The position numbers and the translations under genes were made by a program. The notes under the pieces are model-generated. The model was not told where the DNA came from, did no database searches, and saw nothing but the letters and a program-made list of their open reading frames with translations. A stretch of 55,788 bases of DNA from a virus. Taxonomy: Duplodnaviria; Caudoviricetes. The first letter of the stretch is position 1. Each line of letters opens with the position of its first letter. Of the stretch, positions 8,670 to 16,446 are shown piece by piece. Where the stretch lies: positions 1 to 55,788 of the IMG/VR virus record IMGVR_UViG_3300027996_000041. The stretch is one strand, 5' to 3'.

Positions 8670-8958
8670 TTTTTAATTTATTTATTGGAATTCTGTCCTT
8701 GTCAGATAACTCCTCTAACTCTAATGTTTTCCAGTTAGGCGTTTTTTTAATTAACTCAACCATTTCTTCTTCAGTTATAAAGTTTTTATCATTAGCAATA
8801 TTAATTAGACTATCTAAGTTAGAAATTCTTTCATTAATACTTTTTTCTGTAGATTTAATGTTGTTATTTGTTGAACATGTTTTAAAAAACATAATCATAA
8901 ATAAAGGGAATAGTACCCTAAAACCCCATTTATCAATAAACCCTAATATATTTCCCAT
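8653..8958 (-). CDS. Membrane-anchored hypothetical protein
   Basis: N-terminal hydrophobic segment ending FKTC, then a coiled region. Confidence 0.65.
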   Translation of the reverse strand: MGNILGFIDKWGFRVLFPLFMIMFFKTCSTNNNIKSTEKSINERISNLDSLINIANDKNFITEEEMVELIKKTPNWKTLELEELSDKDRIPINKLKNDEEK

Positions 8959-9014
8959 AATTTTTTACTTTAATTTTAATCACTTTTCGTTAAAAGTGTA
9001 TAATTTACTTATTA

Positions 9015-9028
9015 TATAAATATTTATA
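9015..9028. promoter_or_regulatory. Palindromic double TATTTATA element at a divergent gene junction
   Basis: TATAAATATTTATA is its own reverse complement and lies between 8958(-) and 9033(+). Confidence 0.65.
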
Positions 9029-9032
9029 AAAT

Positions 9033-9425
9033 ATGAATATTAACAATATTATAAAAGAATCTATATTAAGGGAAGAAAAATTTCACGAATTAAACACTGA
9101 AATAGAGTTTACGTTTGATTTACACCATGATATTGGTGGCCACACGGCTAATAGAAAATGGCGCCATGGTTCTGGTGAAAAAATATATGATAGGGATATT
9201 GTTATGTTATTAGATGACGCTAAAGAAGAAATCATATATTCAATTATAGATGGTGATATTAGAAACGGTAGAAGATTCATTGTTTCAAGAGATGGGGGTG
9301 ATTATTTAAATGTAGTTATAAAACCTGAAGAACTAGAGGTTAACCATTGGAATTTGGTTACTATTACAGTTATGAAAAATCAAGATTTTACTGTTGGTAA
9401 AGGTCAATTACAAATAGTTGTATAA
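9033..9425 (+). CDS. Hypothetical protein, possible small RNase/toxin-like fold
   Basis: 130 aa; N-terminal IIKESILREE; H-x-x-x-R (HTANR) and a C-terminal LVTITVM strand. Confidence 0.7.
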   Translation: MNINNIIKESILREEKFHELNTEIEFTFDLHHDIGGHTANRKWRHGSGEKIYDRDIVMLLDDAKEEIIYSIIDGDIRNGRRFIVSRDGGDYLNVVIKPEELEVNHWNLVTITVMKNQDFTVGKGQLQIVV

Positions 9426-10573
9426 TGAATATAAAAAGAATTATAAGGGAGGAATTGGATTCTATTAGTGATAGTTTTTATTTACTTGTATCTGATGATG
9501 AAAGTTTCCCTATAATAGAATCCAATGAACTAGATTGGATTAAAAATGTGGACCCACTTAGTGGTGGTGAATATTACGATGATTCAAAAGCGATTTGTTT
9601 TGGTGATAAACAAAAATACTGTGATGTTAGAATCAATAATGAGTATATCGCTTTTTATTTTACTAGGGATGAGTTAAGTGATTTTTGGGATGAAGAGGGT
9701 TATTGGGAAGATGATAGGTGGATAGTGGAAGCATTATGGCAAAATGGTACACCTTATGATGGTGATGGTGATTGGTATGAGTTTGATTCAGATGAATTTA
9801 ATTACTCTTATTATAGATTAGGTGATGACCAAAAAAATAGATTTAATGAAATATTGAGTTATGTTGGTAGTGGTGAACGTATTGAAAACTTTGAGGACGA
9901 AATGACTAGTCTAACTCGTGAATTCAAACACCCAAAAATACAATCTTTATTTGAAGAGTCGATTAGTGAATACTTAAATCAATTAGGTTATATTATCCAA
10001 AAAAATAGGTGGCTAGATATTTCCAACGAATGGGATAGTGTTTCTAAACAAGTTGGGGTGGAAGTAAGTATGTCAGGTGACGAAATAGAAATTAAAATAC
10101 CGATAGAAAAGGCTTACCAAAACTACTATAGTAAAGGTGTTAATGATTTAACAGGGTTACTTAAAGCTATAATAAAAAAATTAGCTTCTATAAATTGGTA
10201 TGAGTGGTTTTATGATGAATGGGATACAAGTGGTGGTGATGAACAAATAGACCACGCTTTTAATGATTTTTTAGATAAAACAGAAGATTATTTGGATAGT
10301 GAATTTTTTGAAAAATACGAAAAAGTTTTATCTGATTTTAAAGAACTGGGTATTAAAAACAAAAATACTAATTGGTATAATTACAATCAAGTAGAAAGGG
10401 TAAACCCAAATGATGACACTATATGGATTATTGATTTTAAAAGTGGTTATGAAAAAGCTGATTTAAAGTTACACAAAAAACACAGTAGCACTTATTACGG
10501 TAATCAAGATGTTCTAGAAAAACATGTTGACGTTCCATTAGAAGAAATTTCAAAATACATAAAACCTTTATAA
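9425..10573 (+). CDS. Acidic, Trp/Tyr-rich hypothetical protein
   Basis: 382 aa; starts MNIKRIIREEL, second motif IESNELDWIKNVDP; coupled to the upstream gene (TAATG). Confidence 0.8.
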   Translation: MNIKRIIREELDSISDSFYLLVSDDESFPIIESNELDWIKNVDPLSGGEYYDDSKAICFGDKQKYCDVRINNEYIAFYFTRDELSDFWDEEGYWEDDRWIVEALWQNGTPYDGDGDWYEFDSDEFNYSYYRLGDDQKNRFNEILSYVGSGERIENFEDEMTSLTREFKHPKIQSLFEESISEYLNQLGYIIQKNRWLDISNEWDSVSKQVGVEVSMSGDEIEIKIPIEKAYQNYYSKGVNDLTGLLKAIIKKLASINWYEWFYDEWDTSGGDEQIDHAFNDFLDKTEDYLDSEFFEKYEKVLSDFKELGIKNKNTNWYNYNQVERVNPNDDTIWIIDFKSGYEKADLKLHKKHSSTYYGNQDVLEKHVDVPLEEISKYIKPL

Positions 10574-10575
10574 GC

Positions 10576-10602
10576 AAAAAAAACCACAGTATTCTACTGT
10601 GG
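10576..10602 (-). terminator. Intrinsic terminator
   Basis: CCACAGTA-GAA-TACTGTGG stem-loop followed by T8 on the minus strand. Confidence 0.85.
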
Positions 10603-10652
10603 CTGTTCCAAATGTATTCTGACAAAAAGAACATTTAATCCCCCATTCTTGT
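10576..10652 (-). ncRNA. Candidate ~77-nt small RNA
   Basis: Lies between a consensus Bacteroidota promoter (10657-10688) and the terminator, with no complete ORF longer than 3 codons inside. Confidence 0.4.
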
Positions 10653-10656
10653 TATA

Positions 10657-10688
10657 CAAATATAAGGCCTTTTTTTTAATCGGCCAAA
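10657..10688 (-). promoter_or_regulatory. Bacteroidota sigma-ABfr type promoter (-33 TTTG, 20 nt, -7 TATATTTG)
   Basis: TTTG at 10688-10685 and TATATTTG at 10664-10657. Confidence 0.6.
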
Positions 10689-11504
10689 TTATTTTTGAAT
10701 AAATTCAAATAAATTATCACAATTATTTTTGAGTTTTCTAATAGCTTTCTCTTTTATTTGTCTAATTCTTTCTTTAGTTAACCCAAACTCATCACCGATT
10801 TGTTCTAGTGTTAGAGAACCACCATCAACACCAAAATACATATTAATAATTTTTCTCTCCCTATCGGATAATATAGATAATGTTCTTTCTAATTCACTTT
10901 TTAGTACTTCTTCAGTTAATATGTTTGTACCTGGTTGGTCAAAAGTTTTATCCTCAACTATGTCCAAAACTTCATTACCATCTTCATTTATTTTATCATT
11001 TAATGAACCACATGTTGGGTGATTTAATACCGCTAGGTCCATATCAATATTTGTTGCTTGTCTTTCATTTTCTTGCTCAAATTTAGACATTTCTTTTTTT
11101 ATTTTGGACAACTGATTGACAATGTTAACGGGTAGTCTAACAGTTCTTGAGTTTTCACATAAAGATTGTAGTATAGACTGTTTAATCCACCAAACAGCAT
11201 AAGAGATAAATCTAAAACCTTTTGTGTGGTCAAATCTTTTTGCTGCTTTAACTAAACCATAATTACCTTCAGATATTAAATCTACTAATGGTACACCTTG
11301 ACCTTGATATTCTTTAGCTACTGAAATAACAAATCTCAAATTAGAAGTCACTAGTTTATTAAACGCTACCTCGTCATCTTTAAGTATTTTTTTAGCCAAC
11401 ACGACCTCTTCTTGGGGTGTTATTAAGTCTATTTTTCTAACTTCTTTCAAGTAGTTGGAGATGGAGTCTTCAGTGGTTTCAATAAATTTTTTGTTAGATA
11501 TCAT
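10689..11504 (-). CDS. RNA polymerase sigma70 factor, RpoD/SigA family, Bacteroidota type without region 1.1
   Basis: Region 1.2 YLKEV; region 2 SNLRFVISVAKEYQGQG..DLISEGNYGLVKAAKRFD..GFRFISYAVWWIKQSI; region 4 TLEQIG..FGLTKERIRQIKEKAIRKL. Confidence 0.95.
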   Translation of the reverse strand: MISNKKFIETTEDSISNYLKEVRKIDLITPQEEVVLAKKILKDDEVAFNKLVTSNLRFVISVAKEYQGQGVPLVDLISEGNYGLVKAAKRFDHTKGFRFISYAVWWIKQSILQSLCENSRTVRLPVNIVNQLSKIKKEMSKFEQENERQATNIDMDLAVLNHPTCGSLNDKINEDGNEVLDIVEDKTFDQPGTNILTEEVLKSELERTLSILSDRERKIINMYFGVDGGSLTLEQIGDEFGLTKERIRQIKEKAIRKLKNNCDNLFEFIQK

Positions 11505-11926
11505 ATTTTATTTTTTTTGGTTTTATTTTTTCCGAATATTAAATTACTATTTTTAGTGTTATGACCACTTTTAGTGGATTTAGTTGTCTTTGTGTTTCTT
11601 TTTTTTAGTTGTTTTTTTGTGTTTTTTACTTTTTCTTCTTCAATTTCTAACTCTATCGCTTTTTTCTTTTTTAAGTAAGTATCACAATTTAAAGAATATG
11701 GGGCGTTCTGTAGATTATATATTAAACCTTTTATATATTGTTTTCTTTTATCTAATGAAACCCCCTTTAAATCTGTAAGAGTCGACTCTAGTTTATCAAT
11801 TTCTTTTTTTAATCCAGTTGACCATGCTATAACTAAATTAGTTAATAAGTCTTTAGGCACTTCTACACCATACCACTCTACTCTTTTACCTTTTTTAATT
11901 ATTTCATGGTATTTAGATTTATCCAT
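11501..11926 (-). CDS. Hypothetical basic protein
   Basis: 141 aa; 4-nt overlap with the sigma gene. Confidence 0.65.
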   Translation of the reverse strand: MDKSKYHEIIKKGKRVEWYGVEVPKDLLTNLVIAWSTGLKKEIDKLESTLTDLKGVSLDKRKQYIKGLIYNLQNAPYSLNCDTYLKKKKAIELEIEEEKVKNTKKQLKKRNTKTTKSTKSGHNTKNSNLIFGKNKTKKNKI

Positions 11927-11931
11927 TTAAA

Positions 11932-11962
11932 CAAATATAACTAAAAAATATTAATTAACAAA
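11932..11962 (-). promoter_or_regulatory. Bacteroidota-type promoter (-33 TTTG, 19 nt, -7 TATATTTG) upstream of the two-gene sigma operon
   Basis: TTTG at 11962-11959 and TATATTTG at 11939-11932, 5 nt before the ATG at 11926. Confidence 0.6.
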
Positions 11963-12418
11963 TTTTTTCTTGATTTTTTGTAAAGAATTATACCTAAGTT
12001 CTTTTTTAACCATTTCATCTTCACTATACTTATAAATATCGTCAACAAAATAATTCCACTGTTCTAAAGGTTTTAAATTTTTAATACTATTCTCTAACTG
12101 TTCACTGTATGGTTTCAACACACCCACAACACTAGAGACATAACCTTTATCACTTTCAACATAAGGTACTGGTTCAGCCCACTTCCCACTATTATTATAA
12201 AAACTAACTATTTTACCCACTACGTATGTGTCACATTCATTAGATTTTGTTAGTACTTTATCACCTAGTTTGAATAGGTTCCCATCTTTTTCGTACTCAT
12301 CAATAATTTTTATATACTTAACTTTTTCCTTTTTAAGGTCCAAAAGATGTGTATAATCATCAACTGTTTTATGTTTTACGGGGTCCTTTTTATGGAATAA
12401 CTTTTTAAATACTTTCAT
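11951..12418 (-). CDS. Hypothetical protein
   Basis: 155-aa ORF in operon orientation. Confidence 0.7.
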   Translation of the reverse strand: MKVFKKLFHKKDPVKHKTVDDYTHLLDLKKEKVKYIKIIDEYEKDGNLFKLGDKVLTKSNECDTYVVGKIVSFYNNSGKWAEPVPYVESDKGYVSSVVGVLKPYSEQLENSIKNLKPLEQWNYFVDDIYKYSEDEMVKKELRYNSLQKIKKKFVN

Positions 12419-12873
12419 TATGAACTTTTTTCTAATATACCTATTTCTTTTTCAGTTAAGCAGGTTCTATCATATTCGTTTCTACTTAACTTATCTAAAA
12501 TATCGTTAACATTATCGTACTCCTCTATTTTAACTTTTCTAAGTTTAGTGTCTGTATTGGGATTGTCTAGGTTTATTTTATTTTTTAAAATCTCCATAGA
12601 GCTTTCGTATTCTGGAAACAACCCTTTAAAGTACTTTGATGGTAGATTTATTGCGTGTTTTGATTTGTTTGTTATGTCAAAAATTAAAATTGCTGGTATG
12701 TGAACTAACATTTCATGAATTTCATCTATAATGTACTCACTATAAAAGGTTCCCATAAAAATACCATTACCATCTACATAATGTAACCCCAATTCATCAT
12801 CGGCTATATCATTAAAATCATAATCAAAGCCATCATAATTACCTAAAATTATTATTAAATATCTTTTACCCAT
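12418..12873 (-). CDS. Hypothetical protein with C-terminal DUF6576-like helical motif
   Basis: VNDILDKLSRNEYDRTCLTEKEIGIL resembles the D-x-ILDKIS..SLT..EK..L motif; TATTTATA at 12889-12896 and TATATTTG at 12904-12911 lie upstream. Confidence 0.65.
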   Translation of the reverse strand: MGKRYLIIILGNYDGFDYDFNDIADDELGLHYVDGNGIFMGTFYSEYIIDEIHEMLVHIPAILIFDITNKSKHAINLPSKYFKGLFPEYESSMEILKNKINLDNPNTDTKLRKVKIEEYDNVNDILDKLSRNEYDRTCLTEKEIGILEKSS

Positions 12874-12917
12874 ATAAACTGTTTTTATTATAAATATCTA
12901 TAACAAATATATTAAAA

Positions 12918-15293
12918 TTATTGTAATAACAATGATGATATATTGTTTTTCTTTTTTATTGTGATAATTTTAGTTGCCCAATCTTTAATTAACTGATTGT
13001 GTGTTATTAAAAATATACTTGGAAACATCTCTGAACATTTCTGAAATAAATTACCAACTAAATCTAGATTCTCATCAGCTACTTTACCGAATACCTCATC
13101 AAACACTATTATATTAGGTTTTGGTAAACAACTTATTTTTGACATAACACACCTTAATGCTAAAGCTGACACTGTTTTTTCAAAACCACTACATTCGTTT
13201 AGTGGGCACTCCACTAATGCACCATTAGCTTCTTTTATTACCAAAAACTCAACTTCCTTTTTATCATTAATATCTACCACTAATTTAAATTGGGCTGTAT
13301 CTATTAATAGTCTCTCTAGTTCAGAGTTGATTAGTGGTATCACACTTTTCATAACCATTTTGATTATTCCGTTTTTACCAACCATACGAATATAAATATC
13401 GAATATCAACCTAACTTCTTCCTCAGCTTTTATTGTTTTAATATATTCTTCATTTTTACTTATTTGTATATGGTGTTGTTTAACTTCATTTTCCAATCTT
13501 TCGCCTAATTTAATTTTATTTGTTTTGTTTAATCCTAAATTATTTATTTTTGTATTATAACCTAAAATCTTACTATCTAACCCATTATTTATTTCGATAT
13601 TTTCTAAATTATCTTCATATCTTTTTTTAAGGTTTAGTTTTTCTTTCCTATCTATCCTTAATCTTTCTAAGTCTAAATCTAACTTATCCACTTTAAGTGA
13701 AGTCCTATCATATTGTGATACGGAAGATTTTATGTTATCCATTTTAACCACACTATCACTAACCTTAACTATTTTATCCTCAGTTAATTTTAATAACTTT
13801 TCGTATTCAACAATTTTATCTTTATTTTCTTTTATCTCACCACTATGGTCGACATCTACTAAACTTTGTTTACATGTCGGGCAAAACTCACCATCTTCTA
13901 ACTCAGTTATTAATTTTCTAGTGCGAGTAATTAAGGCCATATGACTATCTCTCTCTGTTTTACGTTCCCTTTCTTGTTTTACAACGTCTATATGTAATTC
14001 TTCGTCATAATCAGGCTCTACCATACTATCAAAGGAATCTTTAGCGGTCTCATAATCTTCTTTTTTCTTTTTACCTTTTTTAATTATATCCTCAACTTCC
14101 CTATCTATGTCTTCAATACGTAAATTGATGACTTCATCGTCAATATCTATTTTTTTTCCAATTAAAATTTCTTTTTTACTAGTAGCTATCTTTATGTCTG
14201 ACTCTAAATTTTTTATTTCTATAATATTTTCCTTTATTGTGTATTGTTTTTCTTTTATTTTATTGTCTAGTATTTTTATTTCACTACCCAACTCAACCAT
14301 ATTATATATGTCAGATTTTAACCCTTTAGCCCAACCCGATTTCATTTCTTTTACAATAGTTTCTTTATCCTCAATAATTTCTAAACCAATAAACCTAGAC
14401 AATATTCTACCTTTTTCTGTTGGTTTTGTGTGTATTATATCTTCTAGGTTGTCAGCGTCCGCTATTATTGTTAATAAAAAGTCATTTACTGAGCCTATAG
14501 ATTTTTTTATAAACTCTTCGGTTTCTCTTCTTTGTTCACCTTCTAAATTCTCAATTGTTTCGTCTGGTAATATTCTATAAAAAGATAGTTCTGTCCTTGT
14601 AGTGTAGTCCAAGTTATTTCTTTTTAATTTTCTAGTTACAACCCTCTCTATAATATAATCAACACCGTCAATAGTTATTTTACCTTTAACTTTAACCTCA
14701 TCACAATCACCCCTAAAAAGGTTAAACATTTTTATCGCTGTAGTACCCTTTGTTGTTGTATTAAAAAATAGGAATAGTAATAAGTCTAAAGCTAATGTTG
14801 TTTTACCACCCATATTTAATGGGTCCGATGTTATCACAGTAATACCTTCTAACTCCTTAAAAGATATTTTATTACCATCACCATAAGATAGAAAATTAGA
14901 CCACTCTAACTCCTTTATGTACCAATTCCTATACCTGTAATCTGTATCTCTTTTTTGTGATAGTTTTTCATTAACTTTGTCATCTAAACGCATTAGTCTA
15001 TCTATGTCAACATCAACTTTATTATTACTAACCCAATCTTTAAACAATTTTTTTTGGTAGTTGGTGTCCATCACGTTGTCAGATACGCTCATCTCCACAT
15101 CACCATCTTTAGCCATAACCTTTTTAGGTTTAAAAATTACCTGTGCGTTAGAATTACCGTATTTTTCGGAAATATGTTTAGCTATTCTTTTACTTCTTTC
15201 TTGTGTATAATTTTCAGGACTGTCTTCCCATATAACACGTATTTTAGCTTTAGTTGGTACCTCGGTATTGACCTTATGTATTACATTTTCCAT
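12918..15293 (-). CDS. sbcC: Rad50/SbcC (T4 gp46-like) recombination ATPase with N-terminal extension
   Basis: NFLSYG, Walker A NMGGKTT, coiled coils with CPTC zinc hook, signature CSGFEK, Walker B IIVFDEVFG, H-loop ITHN. Confidence 0.93.
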   Translation of the reverse strand: MENVIHKVNTEVPTKAKIRVIWEDSPENYTQERSKRIAKHISEKYGNSNAQVIFKPKKVMAKDGDVEMSVSDNVMDTNYQKKLFKDWVSNNKVDVDIDRLMRLDDKVNEKLSQKRDTDYRYRNWYIKELEWSNFLSYGDGNKISFKELEGITVITSDPLNMGGKTTLALDLLLFLFFNTTTKGTTAIKMFNLFRGDCDEVKVKGKITIDGVDYIIERVVTRKLKRNNLDYTTRTELSFYRILPDETIENLEGEQRRETEEFIKKSIGSVNDFLLTIIADADNLEDIIHTKPTEKGRILSRFIGLEIIEDKETIVKEMKSGWAKGLKSDIYNMVELGSEIKILDNKIKEKQYTIKENIIEIKNLESDIKIATSKKEILIGKKIDIDDEVINLRIEDIDREVEDIIKKGKKKKEDYETAKDSFDSMVEPDYDEELHIDVVKQERERKTERDSHMALITRTRKLITELEDGEFCPTCKQSLVDVDHSGEIKENKDKIVEYEKLLKLTEDKIVKVSDSVVKMDNIKSSVSQYDRTSLKVDKLDLDLERLRIDRKEKLNLKKRYEDNLENIEINNGLDSKILGYNTKINNLGLNKTNKIKLGERLENEVKQHHIQISKNEEYIKTIKAEEEVRLIFDIYIRMVGKNGIIKMVMKSVIPLINSELERLLIDTAQFKLVVDINDKKEVEFLVIKEANGALVECPLNECSGFEKTVSALALRCVMSKISCLPKPNIIVFDEVFGKVADENLDLVGNLFQKCSEMFPSIFLITHNQLIKDWATKIITIKKKNNISSLLLQ

Positions 15294-15363
15294 TATTCAG
15301 ATATTTATTGTAAAATATAAACTTAATTTTTGATTAAATAAATGCTAGTAAAAAACAAATACC

Positions 15364-15630
15364 ATGAAAATACTGAGATTACCAGAAATGGTACAAAAAG
15401 TTTCATTAATGGTAAAGAACCAATCCGTACAATCACAAATAAATAATAATTCTATAACAATTTCTACCGATGTATGGGACTTTGAGTTTTTAAAGTTCGA
15501 ACAAGGTGGTTATTATATCTATGAATCCGTAACCATTAAAGATAGTGATATGGATAGTATGTGTATTGAAATTAAGAATTCCCTTATGCGTCAATTAATT
15601 TGTAAGTATGGGGTAACAATATGTTTATAA
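15364..15630 (+). CDS. Hypothetical protein
   Basis: 88-aa ORF filling an otherwise empty gap; A-rich start context. Confidence 0.6.
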   Translation: MKILRLPEMVQKVSLMVKNQSVQSQINNNSITISTDVWDFEFLKFEQGGYYIYESVTIKDSDMDSMCIEIKNSLMRQLICKYGVTICL

Positions 15631-16221
15631 TTATTCACCATATAAATCTTCTTTTATATCGTCTTTTGGTACCCATTTAATTATATTATTGAGCCCATGT
15701 TTTGGTTTTTCATGTTTTGGTTTTTCATTCTTTGGTGCCACATAATTCCTATTTTTCTCCATTTCCAACTCTATCTTTAGATTTTTTATTTGTTGTTTTA
15801 AAGTTTTAGTTGTGTTACCACCAGAGTTAGACATGTCTTTTATTGTATTACGTTCACCATCTAAATCCTCACCTAACTTAGTGATTTCACCACCAAGTTC
15901 TTTTATTTCTGCCTTTAGTTTATTAATTAATTCATTATCTGTAACCGTAACCTCCACAATTTTCTCCACCACCTTAATTACCTCGATTTCTACTGGTACC
16001 TCTCTAATAATTTCAACTTCTGTGGTTGCCGTTATAACCTTAATTACCTCTTTTTCTATTACCTCAAGTTCTTTACCGCCAATTTTAAATGGTGTTGTAC
16101 CATACTTCTCAATATTAAACCCTTGTTGTGTTGATTTAATTATAAAAGCATCAATATCTGTTATATTGTTTAATCTACAATATTCCCAAACCTCATCTTT
16201 TAGTTTTTTAGGTATTTTCAT
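15631..16221 (-). CDS. Hypothetical protein with E-V/I-I-K/R-E-V repeats and coiled coil
   Basis: EVIEKEVIKV..EVEIIREVPVEIEVIKVVEKIVEV low-complexity repeats. Confidence 0.75.
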   Translation of the reverse strand: MKIPKKLKDEVWEYCRLNNITDIDAFIIKSTQQGFNIEKYGTTPFKIGGKELEVIEKEVIKVITATTEVEIIREVPVEIEVIKVVEKIVEVTVTDNELINKLKAEIKELGGEITKLGEDLDGERNTIKDMSNSGGNTTKTLKQQIKNLKIELEMEKNRNYVAPKNEKPKHEKPKHGLNNIIKWVPKDDIKEDLYGE

Positions 16222-16229
16222 TTACTTGT

Positions 16230-16412
16230 TTATGGGTTGTACAAATTTAATCGTTTATCCCCTATTTTTATTTTCTTAATTTCTCCATTAAAATCAATGT
16301 TCCACTCACCCTTACCTTTACACTTACATCTAGGCACTTCTTTATTTATAATTATACCATATAAAGTTTCACTTAATGGGTCTTCAAATATTACATTATC
16401 CCCTATTTCCAT
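16230..16412 (-). CDS. Small hypothetical protein (SH3/KOW-like beta pattern)
   Basis: 60 aa; starts MEIGDNV, contains CKC. Confidence 0.55.
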   Translation of the reverse strand: MEIGDNVIFEDPLSETLYGIIINKEVPRCKCKGKGEWNIDFNGEIKKIKIGDKRLNLYNP

Positions 16413-16446
16413 AATTTATGTTTTTTTACTTTCTTTAATTCACTAC

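Noticed and set aside
10437-10634. 65-aa minus-strand ORF after the sigma gene
   Set aside because: It runs through a strong terminator and overlaps the 3' end of the plus-strand gene; an sRNA or UTR is more plausible.
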